DNA of 52,924 nt, taken from a virus. Taxonomy: Duplodnaviria > Caudoviricetes. Position numbers and translations under genes: made by a program. Below, piece after piece: positions 16,804 to 26,038 of this stretch (its first letter is position 1; every line of letters begins with the position of its first letter). Under the pieces are notes generated by a model, which had not been told where the DNA came from, made no database searches, and saw only the letters and a program-made list of their open reading frames with translations. The DNA is taken from IMG/VR virus record IMGVR_UViG_3300045973_001495, positions 1 through 52,924 of that record. One strand, written 5' to 3'.

Positions 16804-19344
16804 TTACGCCTCGTGTTCTGAGCCGTCAGCCAAGCGGATTGCCCAGCCAGATTTAGAAGCTGGGTTTTTAACCCACGTTCCAGTTACTTCTGCACCAGTG
16901 TCATCGGTTGCCGCTACGTTTGATCCTTCGGTTACTTTCGAGTAATCCGGAGTCCCGTTTTTCTCGCCAGCAGCGATACCATTGGTGCCTGTTGTTGTGG
17001 TTGTTGTCGTAGTTGCTGGCCCGGTGACGGTTGGTGCTTTGGTGCGCGGCACGCCGTAGAAATCAGAAGCCGAATCAAGCACAAGCTGACGCGATGCAGT
17101 GTCGGGATAGTCACCATTCAAGATGGTCAACATCGTATTTTTGTAATCGACAAACTTTGACTGACTCAAATTCTGTAAAGACAGATCAAAGTTCTTATCA
17201 AACTGCATACCGCTTTGTGCAAGTTGCGCTTTGAATTGGTCGGTAGCTTGTGCGCGGCTTGCTGCGTTTTCTGAGCCTTGAAACTCTTGTTGCGCCTTCT
17301 GCAAAGCCTGTTGTGCAGAAATGTTTTTATCGGCAACCATTATCTGCTGCGCACGATCCAGCGCCGATTGCGTATCCGCATGGTTGTAACCAAGTTGCGT
17401 CATCTTCTCCGTGAAGCCATTTTGGATAGATGAAAGCTCTTTGTTACGTTCAAACGAAAGCTGATTTTCGTCGCGCTGGAATGAGCGGCTTGCGGCGCTC
17501 TCGTCTTTCTGGAAATTGCGATTGGCTGCGTTTTCGCCTGACTGCCATGATTGCTGGCTGTTTTGAAGCGAAGACTGAAGTGACCGATTCGCTGCATTCT
17601 CGCGGCCTGTAAAGGCGTTCTGCCCTTCTTGCAGACCGGCACGGTTGTAAGTGTCAACGTCAGACTGTGCCAAGTCCTTCATTGCACCAAGGCCAGCAGC
17701 TTGAATGCTTGCTTGGCCTAGCGTGGAGTTAAGCAAGCCACGGCTATTCACCGCCTGCGCCATTTCACCTTCAGCCTGCGCTTCAATGGGGTTCGTTGCG
17801 CCGTTGGTTAGCTGGCCTAGCCGGTCGCTGGTGAGTGCGTACTTGGTATCGCCCATTTGACTGCCCAATAAGCCACCGCCAGTCGATACGCTTGGCGTTG
17901 CAGTAGTTGGCGATGGACTGGTTGGTGTAGTGCCGCCGCCCGAAGTGACTGGCGCGCCCGCTGCGGGGGGCTGTGTCGGCGCTGACACGTTGCCGCCTGT
18001 TGGTGGCAGCGTGTGATTGCCCCATTCGTTATGGTCAAGTTTAATTACATCGTTATCTTTTCCGCCAATCACATTGCCTGCGTTTGCGCCGCTACCCGGC
18101 AATATTTTCGCCGGGCCACCAGTCTTCAATCCATTCCCGCCAAGACCGGCAGGCTGACCAGACAAGACAATATTTGGATGTTTTTGTAGCCACGCATCAA
18201 GCGTCTTGTTGTCGCCACCCGCCTGCTTCTGCGATGCGGCTAGTTGCTGATAGCTAATGCCGTTGTCCATCGCCCACTGACCTACACCCTCTTCGCCGCT
18301 GGAATTGACGGCGCGCATGAATAGATCGCCACCCTTGCCAGCATCTAGATAGGCTTGAATCAAGTCAGGCATAGAAACCTTGTTATCACCCGCCCACTTG
18401 GTTACATCCTCAAATGAACCGCCTTTGCCGAAGATTTCTGTGATCGCGCTTGAACGTGTTTTTGCGTCAAGCGGTGCGTTGGTAGCAGGCTTTCCGCCAG
18501 CATCTTTATTGATTTGCGTGAAGTCATCTGGCTTTGGTTGAGTAACGTCAGGCTTTGGCTGCGTACCCGTTGGTGAAGCACCAAACAAACCGTTTTCGCT
18601 AATGAACTTGTCAAAGTCAGCTGGCGTACCGTTTGGATTCGCCTGCTGATATGCAGCAAAGGCGTTTTCTTTCGATACGCCAGCATCTTGAATCGACTTG
18701 GCAGCGCCCAACAGACCGGCATTGCCGCCCCCATAAAAGTTCACACCATCTTTCAGGAAAGCACCAGCCTGATTCGCGCCAACAAAAACCTGCGCAGCTT
18801 GATCGGGTGTTAGCCCATTTTGAATGCCGTAATCGTAGGCTTGCTGGTTCGTCCAGCCTAGACCGCCCTGATCTTTGCCCTTGATCGCATTCTGCAATGC
18901 AGCTTGCCAATCGTTTTGCGAGTAGGAAGTTGTGCCAAAGTTATTAGCTGGTGCGGTTGTATTGGCTGGCTTAGTTGTTGGCAGTGCATAAACGCCATTG
19001 TCGCTAGTCCACTTGTCGAAGTCAGCCTGCGTGCCTTGCGGGTTCGCTTGCTGGTACGCGGCAAAGGCGTTTTCGCGTGAGATACCGCCACTCTGCATGC
19101 CTTTGGCAGCAGCCAGTAGGCCAGTATTACCGCCGCCGTTCTTGGCGATGCCCTCTTGCAAGAACGAGCCGCCTAGCCCGGCGTCATTGAATACGCTCCC
19201 GGCCTCGTCGGCGGTCAGACCATTCTGGATGCCGTAATCCCAAGCCTGTTGATTCGTCCAGCCCGAGCCGCCTTGATCCTTGCCCTTGACTGCGTTCTGA
19301 AGATTGGACTTCCAGACGTCTTTCGTAAAATTGCCGTAGGCCAT
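16804..19344 (-). CDS. Putative ejection protein with N-terminal tandem repeats and Gln-rich coiled coil
   Basis: 846 aa. NSRGLLNSTLG motif, ENAANR repeats, duplicated WTNQQAxDYGIQNGLT unit. Confidence 0.65.
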   Translation of the reverse strand: MAYGNFTKDVWKSNLQNAVKGKDQGGSGWTNQQAWDYGIQNGLTADEAGSVFNDAGLGGSFLQEGIAKNGGGNTGLLAAAKGMQSGGISRENAFAAYQQANPQGTQADFDKWTSDNGVYALPTTKPANTTAPANNFGTTSYSQNDWQAALQNAIKGKDQGGLGWTNQQAYDYGIQNGLTPDQAAQVFVGANQAGAFLKDGVNFYGGGNAGLLGAAKSIQDAGVSKENAFAAYQQANPNGTPADFDKFISENGLFGASPTGTQPKPDVTQPKPDDFTQINKDAGGKPATNAPLDAKTRSSAITEIFGKGGSFEDVTKWAGDNKVSMPDLIQAYLDAGKGGDLFMRAVNSSGEEGVGQWAMDNGISYQQLAASQKQAGGDNKTLDAWLQKHPNIVLSGQPAGLGGNGLKTGGPAKILPGSGANAGNVIGGKDNDVIKLDHNEWGNHTLPPTGGNVSAPTQPPAAGAPVTSGGGTTPTSPSPTTATPSVSTGGGLLGSQMGDTKYALTSDRLGQLTNGATNPIEAQAEGEMAQAVNSRGLLNSTLGQASIQAAGLGAMKDLAQSDVDTYNRAGLQEGQNAFTGRENAANRSLQSSLQNSQQSWQSGENAANRNFQKDESAASRSFQRDENQLSFERNKELSSIQNGFTEKMTQLGYNHADTQSALDRAQQIMVADKNISAQQALQKAQQEFQGSENAASRAQATDQFKAQLAQSGMQFDKNFDLSLQNLSQSKFVDYKNTMLTILNGDYPDTASRQLVLDSASDFYGVPRTKAPTVTGPATTTTTTTTGTNGIAAGEKNGTPDYSKVTEGSNVAATDDTGAEVTGTWVKNPASKSGWAIRLADGSEHEA

Positions 19345-19601
19345 TATTGTTCCTTTACAAGTGTTTTTGTCGCGGCGCGATAGGCATCAAAGCGGTCAGC
19401 GCACTTAAGCAGCGCGGTTTTATTTTGGATTGCCACTGCCAGCACCGAACCCATAGATGGATCGAGTAGCGCCGCTGGCGGGTCGCAGGGTTTCAGCAAC
19501 TCTGCCGGTATCGGTGTCCGTACCACCTGCGATGCCGTACAGGCGCATCCCGCCGTCAGTAATGCGGCAATCGCTGTAAACAACATTGCTGCCGATTTCA
19601 T
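19344..19601 (-). CDS. Rz1: o-spanin (Rz1-like lipoprotein)
   Basis: Lipobox LTAGC and PIPAELLKPC motif; overlaps the 3' end of the i-spanin in another frame. Confidence 0.8.
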   Translation of the reverse strand: MKSAAMLFTAIAALLTAGCACTASQVVRTPIPAELLKPCDPPAALLDPSMGSVLAVAIQNKTALLKCADRFDAYRAATKTLVKEQ

Positions 19602-19878
19602 CTTTCAACCCCTTAATTGCTGCCGCTGTTGACCGGTCACGCTCGGCCAGCTTGGCCTTTAGGTCGCCCGTCGCCATTGCGATGTCAAACTGCGCTTGAG
19701 CGATTGCGGCATCTACTGCGGCTTGGTCTGCCGCCTTCTGCGCGTCCCATTTGGACTGCACCTCATTACGACCGCGTTGTACTTCGTGGTGGTCTAACCA
19801 GATCAAAGCGCCGACGAGAGCCGCCAAGGCCACGAAATCAGCCACCAAGCGCCTATTGGCTATCAACAGTTCCAGCAT
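19420..19878 (-). CDS. Rz: i-spanin (Rz-like)
   Basis: N-terminal transmembrane helix, coiled coil, YSDCRI near the C-terminus; in the lysis cassette. Confidence 0.8.
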   Translation of the reverse strand: MLELLIANRRLVADFVALAALVGALIWLDHHEVQRGRNEVQSKWDAQKAADQAAVDAAIAQAQFDIAMATGDLKAKLAERDRSTAAAIKGLKDEIGSNVVYSDCRITDGGMRLYGIAGGTDTDTGRVAETLRPASGATRSIYGFGAGSGNPK

Positions 19879-20131
19879 TAGAGGTGTCCCCCTTCATTAC
19901 TGACTTCGCGCCAACAGAAACGCCACCAACACCGATTAACATGCTCATGTGCTGCAAATACTGGCCCAGCGTGGCAATGTCGAGATGCAACTGCCCCATG
20001 TAAATGCCTGCGGCTGCGGCTGCGTGATAGGTGACGTTTGCTAGACCTGCTGCAAGGCGAACGGGGCAAAAACTCTCCCCGTCCGGCTCGGTAAACATGT
20101 CGCGGAACATCTTTCGAATGACGGCGAGCAT
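19853..20131 (-). CDS. Putative holin
   Basis: 92 aa, two hydrophobic segments, between endolysin and spanins. Confidence 0.55.
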   Translation of the reverse strand: MLAVIRKMFRDMFTEPDGESFCPVRLAAGLANVTYHAAAAAGIYMGQLHLDIATLGQYLQHMSMLIGVGGVSVGAKSVMKGDTSNAGTVDSQ

Positions 20132-20133
20132 GA

Positions 20134-20535
20134 TTACCCCTTTAGCTGGAAATGCGGCATTTCACGGAATGGTGCGGACGGTGCGCCGTACCAATTCAAG
20201 CCCAAATCCATCCCGATTTTTCCGGCTTTCTGCCAGTCGGGTGACTTGCCTTCGCCGTCATACTTGCCATTGAGAAGCACTCCAATATCGAACGCCTTCG
20301 CGGCTGGTTTGCCTTGTGCGTCGGTATTGTTGTGCGCGGATTGGCCTGCTCTAGCGCGGGTTACGATTGCCCCCGGCTTCGTCCTGCCTTGGTCGTAAAG
20401 CGCGTTCTGCTCGTCGCCGCTTCGGTAAGTACACACCAAAAAAACGTGCAAACCGTCAGCGTCACAACGGCGCATAAACTCCGTTGCCAGCGGTTGCAAG
20501 TCTTTGTGTAAATCTTCAATTTTTCGGGATGACAT
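20134..20535 (-). CDS. Endolysin, M15 family L-Ala-D-Glu peptidase
   Basis: TYRS..EQNALY..GRT, GQSAHN, AFDI and EMPHFQL zinc motifs. Confidence 0.9.
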   Translation of the reverse strand: MSSRKIEDLHKDLQPLATEFMRRCDADGLHVFLVCTYRSGDEQNALYDQGRTKPGAIVTRARAGQSAHNNTDAQGKPAAKAFDIGVLLNGKYDGEGKSPDWQKAGKIGMDLGLNWYGAPSAPFREMPHFQLKG

Positions 20536-21028
20536 GTTCGTTCGCCTCCTGTGCTTTGATGCGATCTGAGAGCGTGCGCAGGTACACTTCCATCTCGCGT
20601 TCGCGCCGGTCGGTTTCGTCTAACTTGTCGGCCACGCGCTGCACCTGCATTGGTATTTCCATGAGCGGGTCGATGTTTGTTTTAACCACCCAGCCAGCCA
20701 AGCCGAATAGCACGACACCAAGCGCCAGTGCGCCTTTAACCCAATTGATGTAGCCGGTGTTGTCCAGCATTAGGCCGGTCAGGTTGTCCGACTGAGAATC
20801 AAGCGCGTCGCGCAATTCCTTAATCTCCTTGAATGCTCGGCCAGTCGCGTCGGCGTTATTGGTAGAGCGCTCTTCGATTAAGGTGATCTTTTGCAAGATT
20901 TCCCGGATGCCTGCCAACTCGTCCTTAACGTCTCGGGTGTGGGCGATGACATAACCAATTTGCCCCTCGATTGCGCCAAGGCGGGCGTTGGTGTCGGCAC
21001 TACGGATTGCTGCGCTGTCTTCGTTCAT
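20516..21028 (-). CDS. Coiled-coil protein with one transmembrane helix (holin/antiholin-like)
   Basis: Hydrophobic segment ALALGVVLFGLAGWVV; immediately upstream of the endolysin; start chosen at the ATGA overlap. Confidence 0.55.
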   Translation of the reverse strand: MNEDSAAIRSADTNARLGAIEGQIGYVIAHTRDVKDELAGIREILQKITLIEERSTNNADATGRAFKEIKELRDALDSQSDNLTGLMLDNTGYINWVKGALALGVVLFGLAGWVVKTNIDPLMEIPMQVQRVADKLDETDRREREMEVYLRTLSDRIKAQEANEHVIPKN

Positions 21029-21486
21029 GCTCTTTTCCCGCTGGTTTTGTCGATAATCCACAGGTGATCAGGCGCAACGATCTTCAGCGCTTCGGGTCGG
21101 TAGGTGACTAAGCCAGCACCTAGAAATGCCCACAAAATCAATTCCGAACAAACCCACTGTAAAAGGCTCTGCCAATCAGGCCGATGCAACAGGTAGCCGA
21201 AAATCCAGCGCACGTCATACGGCTTGCCAATCTGGCTGCGCGCCAAGGCAAGCGCACGGTCTGCGGTTTGCAGATCGCAATCGAACTCTCGAAACGCGAC
21301 TTCTTCAGCGCGCATACAGAACTCATGCAGCGGGGTTTCAACCACGCCATGCGGCCAAGTCGCCTCGATAACCGTGTCAGTTTCTGGATCGTATAAAGCG
21401 CAGTGCGACCAGTGCGAATGCGTAAGCCATCGGATGGCATAAGAGCCGATCTTGCTGGATCGGCTGAAGTAGACTTTTAGTGCCAT
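21025..21486 (-). CDS. Permuted papain-like amidase (YiiX/YaeF-type NlpC/P60)
   Basis: SHWSHC (His), IEA, QIGKPYD and WVCSELI (Cys) occur in the permuted order. Confidence 0.85.
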   Translation of the reverse strand: MALKVYFSRSSKIGSYAIRWLTHSHWSHCALYDPETDTVIEATWPHGVVETPLHEFCMRAEEVAFREFDCDLQTADRALALARSQIGKPYDVRWIFGYLLHRPDWQSLLQWVCSELILWAFLGAGLVTYRPEALKIVAPDHLWIIDKTSGKRA

Positions 21487-21499
21487 TTTGAGCGCCCAT

Positions 21500-21525
21500 T
21501 AAAAAACCGCCCGAAGGCGGTTGGT
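21500..21525 (-). terminator. Intrinsic terminator
   Basis: AACCGCC-TTCG-GGCGGTT followed by a T tract. Confidence 0.7.
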
Positions 21526-21540
21526 TGTCGTTGGTATCGT

Positions 21541-21930
21541 CTAGACCGGCTGCACCAGCCCTTTAATGTGTCGCTCGTAATCAGTCGTGTGCGTATTCAG
21601 TAGCGCATCGGCTTGAGGCTGGGATAACAGCGCCTTGGATACAAGAATGCCAACGGCCTGCGCCACATCTGCACGCTTGAGGTCGATATATTGGCGCACA
21701 GTAGAATCCTTGACGATTGCCTGTACGAGCGCATCACTACTAGCCAGAATCGCTAGCTTTGCCGTGCCGAAGCGGTCGAAGAAGGGGCCAATGTCGATAT
21801 GCCAATACTGCGGGTCTAGGTTTGCATCAGTCCAATGCGGCGCAACTGTTGGCCGGTTAATCTCACGGTGCAATTCGTTGTCGTTGTCGTCGAACGTCAC
21901 CAAGTATTCGCCAATTTGTTCTGTTCTCAT
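21541..21930 (-). CDS. Tail-fibre-associated / assembly hypothetical protein
   Basis: 129 aa, FFDRF..A..AI motif, follows the fibre-like genes. Confidence 0.55.
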   Translation of the reverse strand: MRTEQIGEYLVTFDDNDNELHREINRPTVAPHWTDANLDPQYWHIDIGPFFDRFGTAKLAILASSDALVQAIVKDSTVRQYIDLKRADVAQAVGILVSKALLSQPQADALLNTHTTDYERHIKGLVQPV

Positions 21931-21939
21931 GGTGGCCTC

Positions 21940-22404
21940 TTAGAAGGTTTCGTACTTGGTGATGATGTTGAACTTGTCGGTCTCGGCAAGGTTTGACGCT
22001 GCCTCCACCAGAAACGAGGTATTGAAGTAAAAACCGTCGCCGGACAAGATGGCAGAGTTGCCCGCGCCGCAAATGACCGCGCCCGTATTGGCTGAGGTAA
22101 TTGATGCAGATGTGTAATCGAATGCAACCACGCCATCTATCGTGATCTTGAGGCGCATTGTTCGCGCCGTTGCGTCAACCGTGGATAGCACCAGATTGGA
22201 TATATGCCCTGCGCCAGTGAGGCTAAGCAGCGTCTTGAGCGCGTTGGCCGTCATCGCGCCGCTAGTTGATGTCTTGCAGCCTACAAATTGATAGTTTGCT
22301 GGCGTGGTTTGGCTGTTAGCTGTAAATCCCGCGACCGCGTAGTAGTTGCCTAGCACCTTGGGCGAGCGAATGCCGCCGCCCTTGAATTGGGAAAGGTTAG
22401 ACAT
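21940..22404 (-). CDS. Small beta-rich tail / receptor-binding subunit
   Basis: 154 aa, MSNLSQFKGG start and LKITIDG motif. Confidence 0.5.
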   Translation of the reverse strand: MSNLSQFKGGGIRSPKVLGNYYAVAGFTANSQTTPANYQFVGCKTSTSGAMTANALKTLLSLTGAGHISNLVLSTVDATARTMRLKITIDGVVAFDYTSASITSANTGAVICGAGNSAILSGDGFYFNTSFLVEAASNLAETDKFNIITKYETF

Positions 22405-22974
22405 TTATAAGACTCTCCATGCAAGGCCATCCCACTTAACCGAGAAGTAGGCGTATTTATCTGTCACATCCATTGCCTCAAGCACTGCACTGTCCTCGAT
22501 GGCTTGGCCTGCTGCCGGTTGAATCGTTAGCTTGTTGACGCTGAAATTGTTTTTGGCGTCCTTGTAGGCAACCATTTGCCCCACGGATGGCGATGCAGGC
22601 AGCGTGCGGATAATTGCGCCGCCCGCTGTGTTGACTAGCTCTCGCGTGTTTACCGCGCTTGTGCCGGTTGTTGTGACTGCTACGTCCACCAAGTCGCCCA
22701 GCGTGCCAAACGCGGCCACAGAAGCCGCAACGAAAGCAGTGCTTGCCGCTTTGGTAGATGCCTCACCCGTCGCCTGTGTTGGCACGTCAATCGAGTTGGT
22801 GAATACGAACGTGCCAGCAGTTGTGCCGCCCGCCTTGTCCATCTTCAAACCGATGTCAGCCGCCACCAGATCAAAGCCGGTAGCGACGGCGTACAGCTTG
22901 GTTTCAACGTCATTCGCTCGGGCTGTGGAGCCGGGGATTAGCGTTGTCGTGTTGTTAAAGTAGGCATTAGCCAC
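22405..22974 (-). CDS. Short tail-fibre-like protein
   Basis: VPTQ....STKAASTAFV repeat unit and TLPASPSVG...D domain typical of fibres. Confidence 0.65.
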   Translation of the reverse strand: MANAYFNNTTTLIPGSTARANDVETKLYAVATGFDLVAADIGLKMDKAGGTTAGTFVFTNSIDVPTQATGEASTKAASTAFVAASVAAFGTLGDLVDVAVTTTGTSAVNTRELVNTAGGAIIRTLPASPSVGQMVAYKDAKNNFSVNKLTIQPAAGQAIEDSAVLEAMDVTDKYAYFSVKWDGLAWRVL

Positions 22975-24745
22975 GGTCTTGACCTCGCGGTGTCCAGTAA
23001 ATGCCGACCGCTGAAACAGCGAATGGCTTGGTTTTAGCGTTGTTGTAAATCAGTAAACCAATGTTCGTGCCGACGCCGCTGATGTAGATCGTCGCTTGGT
23101 TGGCTGCCGCACCGTCCCAGCTAAAGGCGTCCCACGCTGCGCTATCCCAATAGCCGCCGACTGCGCGCACGCCACCCGCGCTCACGATGTCTGCGCCCGT
23201 CCCGTAATTGAATTCAGGCGCGACGGAAAGCGTCAGTGCGTTGATCGTTTGCACTTCAATCTTGAGTTTGTGGAAGCGCTTGCGCTGGGCTTGTGAGCCG
23301 ATGGCGTTGAATGGCAGGCGCAGGATGGATTCGATTACCGCGCCGTCCTGCGAGTCGCCCTTGTCCAGCTCGTAAACGAAGCCATCGCTTGCACCCAGCC
23401 AAGTGCGCTCAGTGCCGGTCGAGTCCTCGCCGCACCAGCCGCATACGAATTGGTGCGCGTACTTGGCAGTGCCGAAGCCCTGCGCTTGTGCGCCTTGCAT
23501 CGTGCCGACGAGTGCGGTCTTGTCCGTGAAGAACAAGATGTACCGGCCAGTCCTGCGCTGCATGATGGTGAAGGCGGGCGTCTGGCGCTGAAAGATGGAT
23601 TCAACTTTTTTGCTCAGTGTCGCTTGGCTGAAGTCGCCATACGTCTGCGCAGCTTGCAGAGACATAATCCCTGCATCGTCCTGCGCAATGACGTCAGCGC
23701 CCACGTTCTGCGCGGTGTCTGGCAGCGCACCGGCTTGCCGGTTAAATGGCTTCATTTCCCAATTGGCATTGGAATTGCCATACATCAGGTAAATCGAGTT
23801 GCGGCCATAGGCGGCAACCGTGTCTTTGGTTTCGATGACGTTGGTCAGCGTGTCGCCTAGACCAATCTCAAACGAGCCGAGGCGTGGCGAGAATAGGCCG
23901 GGGTTGCCGACTGCGCTGTTCTGAAGCGAGCCGCCAGCGAAGCCCAGCCACAAGTAGAAGCCACGAATCGCAATGTGCGCAGGCTTATCAACCGCCATGC
24001 CAGACACAAGCGGCGTTAGGTAAGTGCCGTCAAACTCAACGGCAGGGTTCTGGCCGTCAACGTAGTACAGCCGCACCTTGTCAGCCGAGCCGTAGAAGTT
24101 GGATATGCGCGAACGGATATACCCGCCCGGTGCGAATGTCGGTGTGGTCAGCGCGCCGGTGCAGACTGCTTTCTGTGCCGCGCCAACGAAGATAAGATCA
24201 GTGTTTGCCCAACTACCAGTAACACCAGTGACGTACAAGCGACCAGTCGCTTTAGTGCCAGAATCCCACGAGCCATAGGCCGAAACGCGAACGACCGTTG
24301 CCGTTTTCGTAGGCGATGCGCCGAGATTGCCAATTGTGTCACCTTCAAATATTTGGATCGTGCCGGTATTGAACGGGATGAACTGCGTGGCGGTGACTGC
24401 TACCCAGCCGCCCGCCGTTGCCTTGTGCATGACTAGCGCCGTAGCGCCAGCGTTGTCACGCCATGCGTACAGCGTTCCGTTGTAATACGCCACGCCACGA
24501 ACAGGCCCGGAGCCGGGTACTGCTGCAATGGCGGTGCGCAGGGTTTCTTGTGTCGCTTCGACTGACGAGCTAGATGGCGCGGTGCGCCCGTCAAAGCGCT
24601 CGTACTGCCCAATCTGGATATACCCGCCCGTGAGTTTCTGAGCGTAGTTCTGCATCACCAAAGCAGCGCCGGGCGGCACGAACAGCGGTGCTGTCGTGTA
24701 GTCCAAGCCGCCGTTTAGTGAGACATAACTTAGCTTCTGGCTCAT
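22967..24745 (-). CDS. Tail nozzle / DNA-stabilisation protein (tail tubular B or gp10-like)
   Basis: About 590 aa, NGGL start motif, beta-propeller-like, RKRFHKL and WD repeats at the C-terminus; follows the adaptor. Confidence 0.7.
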   Translation of the reverse strand: MSQKLSYVSLNGGLDYTTAPLFVPPGAALVMQNYAQKLTGGYIQIGQYERFDGRTAPSSSSVEATQETLRTAIAAVPGSGPVRGVAYYNGTLYAWRDNAGATALVMHKATAGGWVAVTATQFIPFNTGTIQIFEGDTIGNLGASPTKTATVVRVSAYGSWDSGTKATGRLYVTGVTGSWANTDLIFVGAAQKAVCTGALTTPTFAPGGYIRSRISNFYGSADKVRLYYVDGQNPAVEFDGTYLTPLVSGMAVDKPAHIAIRGFYLWLGFAGGSLQNSAVGNPGLFSPRLGSFEIGLGDTLTNVIETKDTVAAYGRNSIYLMYGNSNANWEMKPFNRQAGALPDTAQNVGADVIAQDDAGIMSLQAAQTYGDFSQATLSKKVESIFQRQTPAFTIMQRRTGRYILFFTDKTALVGTMQGAQAQGFGTAKYAHQFVCGWCGEDSTGTERTWLGASDGFVYELDKGDSQDGAVIESILRLPFNAIGSQAQRKRFHKLKIEVQTINALTLSVAPEFNYGTGADIVSAGGVRAVGGYWDSAAWDAFSWDGAAANQATIYISGVGTNIGLLIYNNAKTKPFAVSAVGIYWTPRGQDRG

Positions 24746-25398
24746 GCTAGCGGGTTCTGTTGTAGCGTGATTTCGCCCAGCCAAGCCGAGCGGATTTCCG
24801 CAATGGATTTGGCGTGCATGGATTGTGCCGACTGATACAACTCAGTAGCGCCGTCATTCATCGCGTAAGACATCACGGCGCGGTACACAATCGCCAAGCA
24901 ATCGACATCATCCAGAATCGGTGCATCTAGGTCGTTGACCAGTGGTGTCGATTTCTTGAAGTAGTCGATGTAAACCGGATAAATCGCGTCCGGTATGTTG
25001 TTGAACTTGACGGAACGCGTGCCGGTTACGGTGTAATAAGTGGGCGCGACATTGAGCGGGGTGTTGTAGTCGTACTCTGCTCTAAAGTCGGTGTAAGGTA
25101 GGAAGCCGAGAGGCTGGTTGCCGGTCGGAAGAGTGATTAGGGCAAATTCCCTATCGGCTTCCCGAAACAGTGGCGCATTCATCTGCGCCGAGGTGTAGGT
25201 TTGCTGCCCGATAACGGTATTGAATGCTGCCCGCTCGCGCATGAAACCCCAAGGGGCTTCAACTTGGATGCCGTTCCACGCGTCAACCGTCCATTGCTTG
25301 AGTTTGGCATTGATGCCGCTTAGGCCGTTTACGGACGTGATGGCCCCTTCTGTCCCTGATTCCAGCTTCACGCGCTGCAAGATTTCAAGGAACGTCAT
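24742..25398 (-). CDS. Head-tail adaptor (tail tubular A-like)
   Basis: MTFLEILQRV, W.FMR, PD..Y and AIVYRA motifs; position. Confidence 0.7.
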   Translation of the reverse strand: MTFLEILQRVKLESGTEGAITSVNGLSGINAKLKQWTVDAWNGIQVEAPWGFMRERAAFNTVIGQQTYTSAQMNAPLFREADREFALITLPTGNQPLGFLPYTDFRAEYDYNTPLNVAPTYYTVTGTRSVKFNNIPDAIYPVYIDYFKKSTPLVNDLDAPILDDVDCLAIVYRAVMSYAMNDGATELYQSAQSMHAKSIAEIRSAWLGEITLQQNPLA

Positions 25399-25411
25399 AG
25401 CGGCCACCAAA

Positions 25412-25486
25412 TAAAAAAGGCCACCCGGTTAAGGATGGCCTTTTAACGACAAAAACGCCCGTAGGGCGACATGAAGATTATAGCCG
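25412..25486 (-). promoter_or_regulatory. Late element copy B (TATAAT + two hairpins)
   Basis: Minus strand GCTATAAT..TGTCGCCCTACGGGCGTTTTTGTCGTT AAAAGGCCATCCTTAACCGGGTGGCCTTTTTT. Confidence 0.65.
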
Positions 25487-25489
25487 AAT

Positions 25490-25783
25490 TTAGCCTTCTA
25501 CCAACTGAATTAAATACTTGGGCGAGTAAATATCTTTCTCACCTGTCTGGTCGCGGCGAACTTCTTTCAGACTGCGCAGCATTTCGTAATCCTCGCGCCT
25601 GATCTTCGCCTTTTCACCACGCTTGATGACGTTGGAAGCAATCGCATTGACGGCATAAACCACGTCGTCATTGTTGTACTTGTCTTCGCCAATCAGCACG
25701 GTGACGTAATCGTCGCCCTTGCGGGTGCGCTTGGTGGTAATCAGGCCAGCTTGTTCGGCAGCTTCTTGCATTTCGTTTGACAT
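25490..25783 (-). CDS. Hypothetical head-associated protein
   Basis: 97 aa, VNA....IKRGE motif often seen after capsid genes; GGGGA RBS. Confidence 0.65.
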   Translation of the reverse strand: MSNEMQEAAEQAGLITTKRTRKGDDYVTVLIGEDKYNNDDVVYAVNAIASNVIKRGEKAKIRREDYEMLRSLKEVRRDQTGEKDIYSPKYLIQLVEG

Positions 25784-25786
25784 TTT

Positions 25787-25954
25787 TTAATCCCCTTGTT
25801 TGGCAGGTTTGGATTTGGTTGCTTTGGGTGCAGGCGCGCCATTCTCGGCGTCTGCATAGGCTTGGGCTGCTTCCGGGCTGGTGTGGATCAACACGCCCAC
25901 AGCGCCGCCTTCGTAGTGCTTGGTGGTTTTGAGGCCATCGACTTCAACTGACAT
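25787..25954 (-). CDS. Small hypothetical protein (55 aa)
   Basis: Not in the track. GGAG RBS; MSVEVDGLKTTKHYEGG...; fills the gap between genes. Confidence 0.6.
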   Translation of the reverse strand: MSVEVDGLKTTKHYEGGAVGVLIHTSPEAAQAYADAENGAPAPKATKSKPAKQGD

Positions 25955-26038
25955 TTTTCAAACTCCCATAAAAAAGGCGAGCCACCGAAGTAGCCCGCCG
26001 TAAGTGCATTCCGCTGCCGCAGTTTGCTAAAAGGTTGA

